Assembly (NCBI GenBank): GCA_045863235.1 | Contig: BTUM01000006.1 | Span: forward strand, 96,001-160,000 | Reading direction: 5' to 3' | Origin: Candidatus Xenobia bacterium | Lineage (GTDB): Bacteria > Vulcanimicrobiota > Xenobia > Xenobiales > QWHO01 | DNA length: 64,000 bases | In this document: positions 18,996 to 29,510 of the stretch, one piece after another | How positions within the stretch are numbered: the first letter of the stretch is position 1 | Layout: every line of letters starts with the position of its first letter | Translations under genes and position numbers: made by a program | The notes under the pieces: generated by a model | What the model was told of the DNA's origin: nothing | The model's input: the letters and a program-made list of their open reading frames with translations, nothing else | Database searches by the model: none

Positions 18996-19601
18996 ATGAC
19001 CGTCATCGTGGACTACCAGATGGGGAATGTGGGGTCCATCATGAACATGCTCAAGAAGGTGGGCGCCGAGGCCGAGATTTCCGGAGATCCCGAGGCGCTG
19101 CGCCGCGCTACGCGACTGATTCTGCCCGGCGTGGGCGCCTTTGACACTGGCATGCGGCACCTCTCCGACTCTGGCCTCATCGACGTCCTCAACGACCGGG
19201 TGCTGAATGACAAAGTGCCCGTGCTGGGGATCTGCCTGGGAATGCAGCTCCTGACGCGCCGCAGCGAGGAGGGCTCCCTGCCTGGCCTGGGCTGGATCGA
19301 GGCCGACACGATTCGCTTTCAGCTCGAGGACCTGCGCGTGCCCCACATGGGCTGGAACACGCTGCGGGCGGTGAACGGCTCGCCTCTCTTTCAGGGCTAT
19401 CAGGAAGAGCCCCGTTACTACTTTGTGCACTCCTACCACGTAGTCTGCGACAACCCCGAGGACGCGGCTGGCACGACCGAATACGGCCTTCAGTTCGTCT
19501 CGGCGGTCCACCGCGGTAACGTGATGGGGACCCAGTTCCACCCCGAGAAGAGCCACAAATTCGGCATGCAGCTCCTCAGGAACTTCGTCGCCCTCAACTG
19601 A
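18996..19601 (+). CDS. hisH: HisH-like glutamine amidotransferase (glycan-modifying HisH2/WbuY type)
   Basis: IVDYQMGNVGS, LPGVGAF, GICLGMQ, PHMGWN, YFVHSY, QFHPEKS. Paralogous role inferred from context. Confidence 0.92.
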   Translation: MTVIVDYQMGNVGSIMNMLKKVGAEAEISGDPEALRRATRLILPGVGAFDTGMRHLSDSGLIDVLNDRVLNDKVPVLGICLGMQLLTRRSEEGSLPGLGWIEADTIRFQLEDLRVPHMGWNTLRAVNGSPLFQGYQEEPRYYFVHSYHVVCDNPEDAAGTTEYGLQFVSAVHRGNVMGTQFHPEKSHKFGMQLLRNFVALN

Positions 19602-19603
19602 CC

Positions 19604-20371
19604 ATGCTCAGGACCCGCGTCATCCCCTGCCTGTTGCTCAAGGACGGCGGTCTGCACAAGTCGGTCAAGTTCAAGCTGCCGGCAAGCTCGTACGTCGGCG
19701 ATCCGATCAATGCCGTCCGGATCTATAACGAGAAGGAGGTCGACGAGCTGCTCTTCGTTGACATCACGGCCACGGTCGAGGGGAGAGAGCCTGGCTTCAA
19801 GCTGGCCGAGGAGATCGCCTCGGAATGCTTCATGCCGGTAGCTTTCGGCGGGGGAATTCGAGAGATCGATCACGTCAGGCAACTCTTCACTCTCGGCATC
19901 GAGAAGGTCGTCGTCAACAGTTATGCCCTGGAGCGCCCCGAGTTCATCACCGAGGTCGCCCGGTACGCGGGCAGCCAGAGCCTGGTCGTGTCGATCGATG
20001 TGAAGAAAAGCTTCTTCGGCAAGTATAAGGTTTTTGGACGAGGCGGCCGTCAGAGGACCGGGCGCGATCCCGTAGACTGGGCCCGCGAGGTAGAGCGTCT
20101 TGGAGCGGGAGAGATACTCCTTACCTCCATGGACCGGGACGGCACCGGCCAGGGCTACGATCTCGAGCTGCTCGGCCAGGTTACGCGCGCGGTTCGAATC
20201 CCGGTGATTGCCTGTGGCGGAGCCGGAACCGTCGAGCACTTCGGGCAGGCGGTGAGGGAGGGTGGAGCGTCCGCTGTAGCGGCTGGTAGCATGGTGGTTT
20301 ACTACGGCCGCAACCGCGCCGTGCTGATCAACTTTCCCGAGCGCTCGGCTCTAGAGAGCGTCCTGGGCTGA
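19604..20371 (+). CDS. hisF: HisF-like cyclase (HisF2/WbuZ type, acetamidino modification)
   Basis: [28 protein letters not shown] (HisF2-type), [21 protein letters not shown]...AVLINFP. Confidence 0.92.
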   Translation: MLRTRVIPCLLLKDGGLHKSVKFKLPASSYVGDPINAVRIYNEKEVDELLFVDITATVEGREPGFKLAEEIASECFMPVAFGGGIREIDHVRQLFTLGIEKVVVNSYALERPEFITEVARYAGSQSLVVSIDVKKSFFGKYKVFGRGGRQRTGRDPVDWAREVERLGAGEILLTSMDRDGTGQGYDLELLGQVTRAVRIPVIACGGAGTVEHFGQAVREGGASAVAAGSMVVYYGRNRAVLINFPERSALESVLG

Positions 20372-20471
20372 TATGCTCGCACTTTGGTCTTGCACATCTG
20401 TCCCTTCCAGCCTTCTTCGCTCTTGAGCCCGAGCAGGTGTCCGAGTTTGCTCGCAGAATTACCGGACCCTC

Positions 20472-21890
20472 GTGGATCTTTGGAGCATTCAAGCCGCGAT
20501 CAAGCGGCGCAAGTGGTTCTTTTTGATGACGTTTTGCGCGGCGCTGCTGGTGGCGGTGCTGGTCCCGCGGGGCAGTACGGAGACCGTCTATGTCTCGATG
20601 GCCAAGGTCCTTCTCACCCCTCCGTCCGGGGCCACGTATGAGGGAGATGGACGCGGCACGACCCGCTGGTGGTTTACCGACGAAGCCACCCTGAACGAGT
20701 TGGTGACCAGCGAGGAGCTGCTCCGTCGCGTTATCGCCAAGCTCAAGCTGAAGACCGAGTGGACCGAGCTGAAGGAGCACATCACTCTTTCGCCGGTCGT
20801 GGCGGAGTCAGGAGTGGGAATGTACCGCTACGGCCAGAGCTCGAGCTTGTTTCAGATCACCGTGTCGGCCTCGGAGCCGCAGTTGTCTCGCGAAATCGCG
20901 ACGGTGGTGGTCGAGGAGTTCATGACCTCGATTCAGGACCTGTCGGCCCGCGAGTTCGCCAACACGCGCCGCTTTCTCGAGGACCTGGTGCGAGAGGCCA
21001 ACCAGAACGCTGAGAAGGCCGGCAGCAAGCTCGCGGCGATTACGTCCAAACGGAACACCACCAGCGACGAGCGCGATGTCATGTCAACTCTCAACGAGCT
21101 CGAGGCTCAACGGCTGAGCACGCGCGAGCAGCTGACCAAGCTCGAGGCAGAGCAAGACTCGGTCAACAGTTTTCTGGGCGACCCGGCGGGCACTCCGCCC
21201 TGGTCCCTCCTGCGCGAGCAGGGCGCTATTCAGAATCTCGAGCAAACCGTGGCTGAGAACCGGGTCAAACTGGCCGAGGCTCAGCAATATTACACGCCCG
21301 ACAGCCCTGAGGTCCGCGAGCAGACCACACGGCTCGAGAAGATTCAGCAGCTGTACACGGCCCAGGTCGTCAAGGCCGCCCAATCCGTGGTCAGCGAGAA
21401 GTCGACTCAGTCCGGAGCCCTGCAATCTCAGCTCGCGCAGATCGAGGAGCAGATTGACAACCTGCGGGCTACCCAGCTTACTCCCGAGGAGAGGCGCGAT
21501 GTGGCCCAGTTGGAGCGCGAGCTGGCGGTTTGGGAAGAGAACCGCTTGGCGCTCATCAAGCAACTCTATCAGGCGCGCGTCGTTGAGCAAAGCAGTCGGC
21601 GCCAGGGAGCAATTTCTATCCTGCTCCGTCCCACTGACGGCGTCCTGCCTCGTGACAAGCGCCTGCCGAGCCTTCTCCGCTCGCTGGCGGTCGGGATCCC
21701 GTTCGCACTGGTCGTGAGCCTGGGACTGCTCATCCTGGCCGACTTCATGTCCCGCTCGTTGCAGCTTCTGCCCCGCGTGGAGGAGGCTCTGGAAGCCCCG
21801 ATCCTGGTGGTGGTTCCACGCTTTCCGAAGGGCTTCAGCGAGGAGTGGGACATGGTCAAATCGGGCCTGGAGCCCAGAGTCAAGAAGTAG
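20472..21890 (+). CDS. Polysaccharide co-polymerase (Wzc membrane/periplasmic part, GumC-like) #1
   Basis: N-terminal TM after IKRRKW, long coiled coil with YTPDSPEV, C-terminal TM, then EEALEAPILVVVP; no kinase domain. Confidence 0.8.
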   Translation: MDLWSIQAAIKRRKWFFLMTFCAALLVAVLVPRGSTETVYVSMAKVLLTPPSGATYEGDGRGTTRWWFTDEATLNELVTSEELLRRVIAKLKLKTEWTELKEHITLSPVVAESGVGMYRYGQSSSLFQITVSASEPQLSREIATVVVEEFMTSIQDLSAREFANTRRFLEDLVREANQNAEKAGSKLAAITSKRNTTSDERDVMSTLNELEAQRLSTREQLTKLEAEQDSVNSFLGDPAGTPPWSLLREQGAIQNLEQTVAENRVKLAEAQQYYTPDSPEVREQTTRLEKIQQLYTAQVVKAAQSVVSEKSTQSGALQSQLAQIEEQIDNLRATQLTPEERRDVAQLERELAVWEENRLALIKQLYQARVVEQSSRRQGAISILLRPTDGVLPRDKRLPSLLRSLAVGIPFALVVSLGLLILADFMSRSLQLLPRVEEALEAPILVVVPRFPKGFSEEWDMVKSGLEPRVKK

Positions 21891-22998
21891 GCGCGGCCAG
21901 TCTCAGAACGCGGCCATATTCCCTGGCAATCGGGCCCACGTCGTACGCGGTCGCCCGGCGAAAGGCGCGGTCGGCGTAGTCCGCCCGTACCTGCGGCTCC
22001 CTCAGGAAGCGTTCCAGAGCCCTGCGCAGGGACTCTACGTCCTGCGGCGGGACCAGCACGCCGTGACGACCTTCTTCGAGGATCGAAACGGGCCCCGAGC
22101 CACTCCGCGTGCTCACCACGGCAAGACGGCAGGCCATTGCCTCGACCAGCGCCAGCCCGAAGCCCTCCGACCTCGAGCTCAGGGCGAAGATGTCGCTTTG
22201 ACGAAGGTAGGGGAATGGGTTGGGCTGACTTCCCAAGAACCTTACGCGATCGGGGACGCCCAACTCGTGACTGAGCCGGACGAGTTTCGGGCGCGAAGGG
22301 CCATCCCCAATGACTATCAACTCGGCATCGTAGCGTTCGAGCACAGGAGCGGCGGCTTGCAGCAGTGTTGCCTGGTCCTTCCCCTCGACCAGTCGCCCCA
22401 TGTGCGCGATGCGGGGCCGACGAGGAGCGGGGTTCGGCGGACCCGCCAGCCTCTCGATCTCCTCCAGATCGATCGGATTGGGAATCACGGTGATTTTTCC
22501 GGGGTCGAGACCCCAATCCACCAGGCAAGAGGCGGCGTCCTGGGAGACCGCGATGCAACCCTCGGCCCTGGAATAGGTCTGCCGCACCAGCCACTTGAGC
22601 AGCCGACCGGTGGGTTGCTCGGGCGGAAATTCTTGCTCGAGGCGGCAGTGCTCGGAGGCCCAGTTGCCACGGGTGGATTGTCCCAGCATCGCGAGTCCCC
22701 GCACCAGATTCGGGCGCAGGAGCAAACTCATGACCACGTCGGGCCGATGGGCCTGCAATCTCTTGCGTAGCTCCCACGCCTGGGGCATCAGGAACAGGTT
22801 ACGCCACCGGGTCCCGGGCGCGCTCAACCGGAAGCGCTCGATCTTGATGTCAGCGTCGAGCTCGTAGGCGCTCTCCCCTTCCTCGAGGGTCCAGATTGCG
22901 ATCTGGTGACCCCATCGGCTGAACCGGTTGGCCAGGAGCTGGACCAGCCGCTCTGCGCCACCGACTGCCAGGTTATTGATCAGGAAGACGATCTTCAC
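21880..22998 (-). CDS. GT4 glycosyltransferase (PglJ-like)
   Basis: GTG start at 22998 (VKIVFLINNLAVGGAER); IPNP, GRLVEGKDQ, SRSEGFGLALVEAMA. Confidence 0.9.
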   Translation of the reverse strand: MKIVFLINNLAVGGAERLVQLLANRFSRWGHQIAIWTLEEGESAYELDADIKIERFRLSAPGTRWRNLFLMPQAWELRKRLQAHRPDVVMSLLLRPNLVRGLAMLGQSTRGNWASEHCRLEQEFPPEQPTGRLLKWLVRQTYSRAEGCIAVSQDAASCLVDWGLDPGKITVIPNPIDLEEIERLAGPPNPAPRRPRIAHMGRLVEGKDQATLLQAAAPVLERYDAELIVIGDGPSRPKLVRLSHELGVPDRVRFLGSQPNPFPYLRQSDIFALSSRSEGFGLALVEAMACRLAVVSTRSGSGPVSILEEGRHGVLVPPQDVESLRRALERFLREPQVRADYADRAFRRATAYDVGPIAREYGRVLRLAAPTS

Positions 22999-24112
22999 AG
23001 AGGCCCAGCCCACGATATACCTCGAGGATCTGCTCCACGATGCTCGCTGTTGAGCGGGTCTCCGCCAACTGGCGCCCGGCGACGGCGAGTTTGGAGCGGA
23101 GCTCGGGGTCGCCGGCCAGGCGAAGGATCGCTCGGGCCAGCGATCGCGAATCCCGGACCTCGGCCAGGAGCCCCGTCTGACCATCCAGCACGACCTCGCG
23201 GACCCCGGGCACGTCGGTACCAACGACGGCCCGCTGACAGGCGCACGCTTCCAGCAAAGCCTTCGGGAAGCCCTCGCGGTAGGAGGGCAGCACCACAATG
23301 TTGGCGCTGGCGAATATCGCCGGCATGTCGCTCTGGAAGCCGAGCCAGCGCACCCAACCCTGGTCGACCCAGGATTGGATTTCGCCGGGATTGATGGCCG
23401 TCGGGTGGGCCGGGTCGGTATCGCCGACCAGGATCATCTCGATTTCCGGGCGCTCGCTGGCCACGAGTCGAGCCGCTTCCACGAACTCGTGCACGCCCTT
23501 GTCCTTCAGAATGCGACCCGGCAGCACGACGCGCACGGACTGCCCGGTGGGCTCGGGCGTGGGAGAGAAGCGCCGGCAATCTACCCCGGACCCCGGGATC
23601 AACCCCAGGGCCTCTCTGCGTACCCAGCCCGCGGAGAGGACGAAATCGTAGTCGTCCGGATTCTGCACGATCGTAAAGGTCTTGCCAAGAGCCAGCCGGT
23701 ACAAGCTGCTTACCAACCAGCGCAGAAAGTGAGCCCGGTCCTTCTCGGTAAAAAGGTATCCAAGGCCGGTGATGCTGTTGACCGTCGCAATTCCCCCAAC
23801 GATCCGGGCCGCCAGCGAGCCGAAAAGGACGGGCCGCAAAGTGAAGTGGTGCACCAGTTGGGGCCGCAACCGCCAATAGAGCCTCACCATGAAGAGCAGA
23901 GCCTCGACCTCAGCCAGGAGGTTGCGGCGGCCGCGGACCGACTCGGGCAGTGCCGCAAAATGGAAACCTCTGGCGCGGATCTCGCAGGCGGCGTCCGATT
24001 CGGAGGCGACTGCCCAGACCTCGTGGCCTCGCTCGAGCAGAGCCTCTCCGAGCGGCGCCCGGTTGAGTAGAAAGTAGCGGTCGAGACCTTCAACCAGGAT
24101 AATCCGGGCCAT
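22973..24112 (-). CDS. GT4 glycosyltransferase (PglA/CapM-like)
   Basis: TGLGYLF, QNPDD, PGSGVD, RILKDKGVHEF, PSYREGFPKALLEA. Confidence 0.92.
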   Translation of the reverse strand: MARIILVEGLDRYFLLNRAPLGEALLERGHEVWAVASESDAACEIRARGFHFAALPESVRGRRNLLAEVEALLFMVRLYWRLRPQLVHHFTLRPVLFGSLAARIVGGIATVNSITGLGYLFTEKDRAHFLRWLVSSLYRLALGKTFTIVQNPDDYDFVLSAGWVRREALGLIPGSGVDCRRFSPTPEPTGQSVRVVLPGRILKDKGVHEFVEAARLVASERPEIEMILVGDTDPAHPTAINPGEIQSWVDQGWVRWLGFQSDMPAIFASANIVVLPSYREGFPKALLEACACQRAVVGTDVPGVREVVLDGQTGLLAEVRDSRSLARAILRLAGDPELRSKLAVAGRQLAETRSTASIVEQILEVYRGLGLCEDRLPDQ

Positions 24113-24188
24113 CCGCGTGCGTTCTACGGTCGAATGCTGAAACCTACCGAGAAGGTGACACTTACCCGCTCAGACAACTTATCGCCAA

Positions 24189-25445
24189 ATGTCTGCGACG
24201 TTGCTGGACCTGCTGCGCGATCTTCCCGGCTGGATGGTCATGTCATTGACCTTCGCGCTGCCGGTGCTGTTCGCTCCCATCCGGCGGAGTCAGTCCTTGC
24301 TGCTGGCTATCTGGTTTACGCTTGGGCTGCACCATGCGGCGGCCATCGTCAACTGCTACCTATTTCTCTTGCCGGGCGCCGAGGAGGACGCTCGGGCGAT
24401 GGATGCCACGGCGATGGGGGCAGACTACGTCCACCTTCTGCGCAACCCTTATGTCTTGATGCTGAGGGCGTTCTACCAGTCGTTCGGTCGTTCGCACTTG
24501 TTGGGATGTGAGTTGTCAGTGCTGGCTTACTCCGCGAGCGTGGTGGTGCTGGTCTACCTGATCCGCTACCTGGGCTCGGAGCGCTGGCAGGCCCCCATGG
24601 TTTTGCTGTTCGGCTCCCTTCCCGGCGCGGTCTTCAACTGCTCGGTCACCTTGCGCGAGTCGTATCAGACTCTGGGAATCTTGCTTGTGATCTGGTGTCT
24701 TGTCCAGGTGCGGGAAGGCCGCCCGTGGTACTATCTGGGGATGTTGGTATGCGTGGTCGCTCTCGCCCAGCTCCACAACGGCCTGGCTTTATTCTCACTG
24801 GGAGTGACCGCGGTGTCGGTGATCTGGGGGCTGCGCGGCAGTTCCGCCGTAGCCGGCCTGCTCATCATCCTGGTCGTGTTGGGCGCCCTGTGGCAACGGG
24901 CCAGGATCCTGGACGCCCTGGCCCAGCATTCCGCTGCCGTCAACTCCCTGGCGCAGGGTCGTTTGATTCAGGATGCGGCAAGCTACCGCGACTTCCAGGC
25001 TCAGGACCGAGCGACCTATCGGGCTCGCCTGGACACCTCCTCGGTCTTTGGATTTCTGACCACCTTTCCGCGCGTGTTGTTCCTTTACATGTTCTCGCCG
25101 CTTCCCTGGCAGGCCCGTGGCCTGAAGGACCTCTACGCGGTCGCCGAGTCGTTGCTTCGGATGGCGCTCTGCCTTGGGGCCCTCGTGAACGTGAGGCAGA
25201 GTTCGCGGGAGCGTAGAGTCAAACTGCTGGGAGTGCTGATTTTCTTCTTGACCCTGGAAGCTCTCTGGTCGATTGGAACGGGCAACTGGGGCCAGGCCAT
25301 TCGCCATCGCGTCGTGGGATGGGGCCTGCTCGTCATCTGTGGAGCCGAGCCCTGGTTGAAGCTGGCAAGCAGCGGTCGCCGCCGCGGTGCTCGGAAGGTC
25401 GCTCAGCCTTCCCCGCCTTCCCCCGAGCCTGCGCTGGCGTCCTGA
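24189..25445 (+). CDS. Polytopic membrane protein, probable Wzy polymerase
   Basis: About 10 hydrophobic segments; late loop with YMFSPLPW and NWGQAIRHR; location between glycosyltransferases. Confidence 0.65.
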   Translation: MSATLLDLLRDLPGWMVMSLTFALPVLFAPIRRSQSLLLAIWFTLGLHHAAAIVNCYLFLLPGAEEDARAMDATAMGADYVHLLRNPYVLMLRAFYQSFGRSHLLGCELSVLAYSASVVVLVYLIRYLGSERWQAPMVLLFGSLPGAVFNCSVTLRESYQTLGILLVIWCLVQVREGRPWYYLGMLVCVVALAQLHNGLALFSLGVTAVSVIWGLRGSSAVAGLLIILVVLGALWQRARILDALAQHSAAVNSLAQGRLIQDAASYRDFQAQDRATYRARLDTSSVFGFLTTFPRVLFLYMFSPLPWQARGLKDLYAVAESLLRMALCLGALVNVRQSSRERRVKLLGVLIFFLTLEALWSIGTGNWGQAIRHRVVGWGLLVICGAEPWLKLASSGRRRGARKVAQPSPPSPEPALAS

Positions 25446-26749
25446 CCTTCGAGCAACTTTCGGTAGGTTGCCCTCTCGTGCTCGCTCAGCCTCTCTGGCT
25501 CCATCATGCTCAGGGCAAGCTCGCGCAAGCGTTGGCCGCAGGCGCGAGCGCGCTCCGGGTCCTGGAGGAAGCCGGCCACCGCTGCCGCCATGGCCTCCAC
25601 ATCTCCCGCCGGGACCAGCTCGCCAGTACGACCGCTCACGATCAGCTCGCGTTGCCAGTCCAGGTCGTAGCTGACGACAGCGGCCCCGGCCAGGGCTGCT
25701 TCAGTGAGCGCCCGGCCGGTCACGAACGAGACCACCACCTCACATTCGGGCAGGGCCCGGGCCAGCCACTCCTGGTCGCGGTTGCCAACCATGATCAGTT
25801 GGGATTCGACTTGCAGGCGCCGCGCCAGCTCCTGTATCTCGCCGCGCATGGTCCCATCACCCACGACGAGGCCGCGAGCCCTTATCCCGCGTTCCCGCAG
25901 CGCCCCCAACAGGAGCACAATGTGCTCTGGCATCTTCACCGGCTCGAGCCGAGCCACGGACGCCAGGATGGGGCCTTCGCCCGGCAGATCGGCGAGGACC
26001 CCCTTCGGGCGCTGTTTCGGAGGTAAAAAGTGGTCAGGGTGGATCAGATTGCCAAGTCGGAAGATCGTCGCGCGCTCCCGGCGCGCACCGCTCCAGAGAG
26101 CGTAGTCCAGGTTCTCCTGGTTGAGCGCAGCCACGAGGTCGGTCCGTGGGAAGACGATCCACTCAACCAGTTTCTCGACCCATCGCCATTTGAAGAGGCG
26201 GGGCATCACAGGTCGCCCCGTGTCGCGGTAGAGCCGGTCGTGGTTGGCCGCGAGTCGCATGGCGAGCGGGACCCCTGTCAGGCGGCTCAGGCTCAATCCG
26301 AGCAGGCCTAGATAGTAAGGATCTCCTACCCGGATCAAAGAGATGCGTTCGTCTCGGATCAGGCGCTCGAGCTTGTGAAACAACCGGACCTGCTCGAGCG
26401 CGAATCGGGTCCAGGGGAGAGCCCCCCCACCCACAGTGCCCTGGATGAAAACGTGCCTCTCGCTCAGGACGGACTCCTCGATCACGGACGCTTCTTCAGC
26501 CGGGCCGAGTGGATGCACGGACCAGACCTTTTCGAAAAATCCATCCAGGTCCCGGGCCAGCACGGGCGTCAGGAGTTTTCGCTCTCGAATGGCCTTGAGG
26601 GTGTAGGACATGTCCAGTACGAGAAGCCGTCGGCCCCGCCCCCGGGGAGCGGTTTTCCGCACCTGACAGCGCAAGGCCCCCAGAACCAGAGCCGGGCCGA
26701 GCACCGTCGCGGCGAGTCCGGCGTCTAGAAGACTCTTCAATTTGCGCAT
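25403..26749 (-). CDS. GT4 glycosyltransferase
   Basis: VARLEPVK, VGDG, GRALTEAALAG, ELIVSGRTGELVPAGD. Confidence 0.85.
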   Translation of the reverse strand: MRKLKSLLDAGLAATVLGPALVLGALRCQVRKTAPRGRGRRLLVLDMSYTLKAIRERKLLTPVLARDLDGFFEKVWSVHPLGPAEEASVIEESVLSERHVFIQGTVGGGALPWTRFALEQVRLFHKLERLIRDERISLIRVGDPYYLGLLGLSLSRLTGVPLAMRLAANHDRLYRDTGRPVMPRLFKWRWVEKLVEWIVFPRTDLVAALNQENLDYALWSGARRERATIFRLGNLIHPDHFLPPKQRPKGVLADLPGEGPILASVARLEPVKMPEHIVLLLGALRERGIRARGLVVGDGTMRGEIQELARRLQVESQLIMVGNRDQEWLARALPECEVVVSFVTGRALTEAALAGAAVVSYDLDWQRELIVSGRTGELVPAGDVEAMAAAVAGFLQDPERARACGQRLRELALSMMEPERLSEHERATYRKLLEGQDASAGSGEGGEG

Positions 26750-26872
26750 CGGGGAGCCCTCCCGGGTCGGTTGGCAGGAACGTGCGTGGTGGTGTCAAAC
26801 ATCCGTGCCATGTTTTTGAGTGCTCAGGCAATAGAGGTCAATCGGATTTCAATAGACTCCCAAGAGGTTTGT

Positions 26873-27493
26873 ATGCCTGAGTCTTTCCAACTGAAGCCTG
26901 CGCAGCTCCATTATGTTCGAATCAAGGCAATTCTAGAGCCGCTCTTCGTTTTGCTGATCGCACCTGTTCTCCTTCCTGTGCTCCTCTTGATCGCGCTGGT
27001 GATCCGGTTGAGCTCACCCGGCCCGCTCTTGTTCGCCCAGACCCGTATCGGTCACCGAGGCAGGCCTTTTGTGATGCATAAATTTCGAACGATGAGCGTC
27101 AACTCGGAGAAGAACGGCGCCCGAATGACCGCTGTCAAGGACGAGCGCATCATCCCCTTTGGGAACTGGTTGCGGGCCCACCGCCTGGACGAGCTTCCTC
27201 AGCTCTGGAACGTCCTGGCGGGGGATATGAGTCTGATCGGCCCTCGACCCGAGCAGCCCGTGTTTGTCGAGGAGTTCTCCCGCGCGATTCCTGGTTACAA
27301 GAGTCGCCTTGCAGTTCGGCCCGGCATCACGGGTCTGGCCCAAGTGCTGCAGGGCTATGCTGCCAACATCCCTGAGACTCGCCGTAAGCTCCAACTCGAC
27401 CTGACGTACATCCGGCGTCTTTCGCCCGCGATGGATGGCTTCGTGTTCTTCTTGACGCTCTGGACAATTCTTTTCGGCTACCGGGCCCGCTGA
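26873..27493 (+). CDS. Priming undecaprenyl-phosphate sugar phosphotransferase (small PGT)
   Basis: FAQTRIG, KFRTM, RLDELPQLWNVLAGDMSLIGPRPE, RPGITGLAQV; GAGG RBS. Confidence 0.95.
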   Translation: MPESFQLKPAQLHYVRIKAILEPLFVLLIAPVLLPVLLLIALVIRLSSPGPLLFAQTRIGHRGRPFVMHKFRTMSVNSEKNGARMTAVKDERIIPFGNWLRAHRLDELPQLWNVLAGDMSLIGPRPEQPVFVEEFSRAIPGYKSRLAVRPGITGLAQVLQGYAANIPETRRKLQLDLTYIRRLSPAMDGFVFFLTLWTILFGYRAR

Positions 27494-27551
27494 CTGCGTC
27501 CGACAGACGGCAGGACGGCGCTTGCGCCGAGCAGAATTGCCCGAGTCAATC

Positions 27552-29510
27552 GTGTGCGGTATTTGTGGGTATGTTGACGCGTCCGCGCTCCTCGCGCCGG
27601 GGTCCCTTGTGCCCATCCTTGAGAGGATGCTCGCCCGGCTGAAGCATCGCGGTCCGGACGACCGGGGCACCTGGACCGAGCCCCAAAGGGGCGTGGCACT
27701 GGGCCAGACTCGTCTGTCCATCCTGGACCTCTCGCAGAACGGCCATCAACCGATGGAGTCCGCCTGCGGCCGCTACGTCATCACCTATAACGGCGAAATC
27801 TATAATTTTCCAGCTCTGCGCGCCGAGTTGGAGGCGAAGGGGGCTCGTTTTCGCGGCACGTCCGACACCGAGGTATTGCTGGCTGCAGTCACGACCTGGG
27901 GGCTCACCGAGGCGCTGCGTCGCAGCGTCGGTATGTTTGCTTTCGCGCTCTGGGACCGCCGCGCCGCCAAACTGCACCTCGTGCGCGATCGGGTGGGCAA
28001 GAAGCCCCTTTATTATGGCTGGTGCGGCGATACGTTCTTGTTCGGCTCCGAGCTCAAAGCGTTGCGCGCTCACCCTCATTTCAGGGCCGATCTGAACCGC
28101 GACGCCATCACCTTGTATCTTCGCCATAGCTGCATTCCCGCCCCCTACTGCATCTATCGGGGGATCAGCAAGCTCACGCCAGCGACGATCCTAACGCTGG
28201 AGGGCAGGAACCTGACTCAGGAGTGTTACTGGAGCGCCCGGAGTGTTGCTCTTGAGGGTTTGCGCCATCCCGTCGCGGCGCGAGACGGGGAGACGCTGGA
28301 CCGTCTGGACACGTTGCTGCGCGAGGCTACACGGCAGCGGATGAACTCGGACGTGCCGTTGGGCGCCTTTCTTTCGGGGGGAGTGGATTCGTCGCTGGTT
28401 GTTGCGCTCATGCAAGCCCAATCGTCGCGGCCCGTGCGAACCTTCAGTATCGGCTATCATGACCCGGCTTATGACGAAGCGGACAGCGCGCGGGCGGTCG
28501 CACAGAGCTTAGGCTCAGAGCACACCGAGCTGTACATCTCCTGGGAGGAGGCGATGAATGTTGTTCCCTTGCTTCCGACTCTTTATGATGAGCCCTTTTC
28601 GGACTCGTCCCAGATTCCCACCTACCTCGTTTCGCAGCTCGCTCGCACTCAGGTGACCGTCTGCCTGACCGGAGATGGGGGAGATGAAGGCTTTGGGGGG
28701 TACAATCGCTATGTCTGGGCGACGCGCGTCTGGCGCAGGATGGGGCGTCTTCCGACGGGCCTGCGCAGGATTTTGGCCGGACTTTTGAGTTTGCTCCCCC
28801 CGAATACCTGGAACGACTTGTATCGCCGGCTCGCGTTTCTCTTGCCCGCGCGCTGGAGCCAGAGGCTTCCGGGCGACAAGCTGCAGAAGCTGGCAGCCGT
28901 GCTGTCGGCGAGCGGACCCAAGGAGCTTTATCGTGGCATTGTCTCTCACTGGTCCGAGCCGACTTCGGTCGTGCTCGACGCGGAAGAGCCGGCCTCGGCC
29001 CTGACGGCGGGGAGCAGGCTGGAGGTGGAACTGCCCAACTTTGGTCTCTGGATGATGTACATGGACCTGGTGACCTACCTGCCGGACGACATCTTGACGA
29101 AAGTGGACCGCGCCACTATGGGCGTGAGTTTGGAGGCGCGCAATCCGTTGCTTGACCATCGTGTGCTCGAGTTTGCCTGGCGCCTCCCAATGGACTGGAA
29201 GATCAGGAACGGAGTGGGGAAATGGGTCCTGCGCCGGCTGCTCCGGCGTTATCTGCCGGCTTCGCTGTTCGAGCGGCCGAAGATGGGTTTCCAGGTTCCG
29301 ATCGACCGCTGGCTGCGAGGGCCTCTCCGCTCCTGGGCCGAGGAGTTGCTCGAGCCAGGTCGTCTCAGGCGTCAGGGCCTGCTGCGTCCCGAGCCGATTC
29401 AGGTGCGCTGGCGGGAGCATCTGTCCGAGCGCCGCAACTGGGCGGAATCTCTGTGGGATGTTCTCATGCTTTGCGCCTGGCTGGAGCAGAGGCGGGAAGT
29501 GGCGTCATGA
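27552..29510 (+). CDS. asnB: Asparagine synthase (glutamine-hydrolysing) family amidotransferase
   Basis: N-terminal (M)CGICG, HRGPDD, RLSILDLS, YNGEIYN, FLSGGVDSS, LTGDGGDE, KVDRATM. Confidence 0.95.
   Translation: MCGICGYVDASALLAPGSLVPILERMLARLKHRGPDDRGTWTEPQRGVALGQTRLSILDLSQNGHQPMESACGRYVITYNGEIYNFPALRAELEAKGARFRGTSDTEVLLAAVTTWGLTEALRRSVGMFAFALWDRRAAKLHLVRDRVGKKPLYYGWCGDTFLFGSELKALRAHPHFRADLNRDAITLYLRHSCIPAPYCIYRGISKLTPATILTLEGRNLTQECYWSARSVALEGLRHPVAARDGETLDRLDTLLREATRQRMNSDVPLGAFLSGGVDSSLVVALMQAQSSRPVRTFSIGYHDPAYDEADSARAVAQSLGSEHTELYISWEEAMNVVPLLPTLYDEPFSDSSQIPTYLVSQLARTQVTVCLTGDGGDEGFGGYNRYVWATRVWRRMGRLPTGLRRILAGLLSLLPPNTWNDLYRRLAFLLPARWSQRLPGDKLQKLAAVLSASGPKELYRGIVSHWSEPTSVVLDAEEPASALTAGSRLEVELPNFGLWMMYMDLVTYLPDDILTKVDRATMGVSLEARNPLLDHRVLEFAWRLPMDWKIRNGVGKWVLRRLLRRYLPASLFERPKMGFQVPIDRWLRGPLRSWAEELLEPGRLRRQGLLRPEPIQVRWREHLSERRNWAESLWDVLMLCAWLEQRREVAS

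Noticed and set aside
18996..20371. Histidine biosynthesis operon
   Set aside because: No other his genes are present. The HisF2-type motif [18 protein letters not shown] and a WbuX-like partner in the locus indicate glycan modification.
27552..29510. AsnB as a lasso peptide cyclase for the RRE cassette
   Set aside because: It keeps the N-terminal catalytic Cys glutaminase domain (CGICG) typical of glycan amidotransferases and is coupled to a co-polymerase gene. No B2 transglutaminase-like peptidase or lasso-type precursor is visible.
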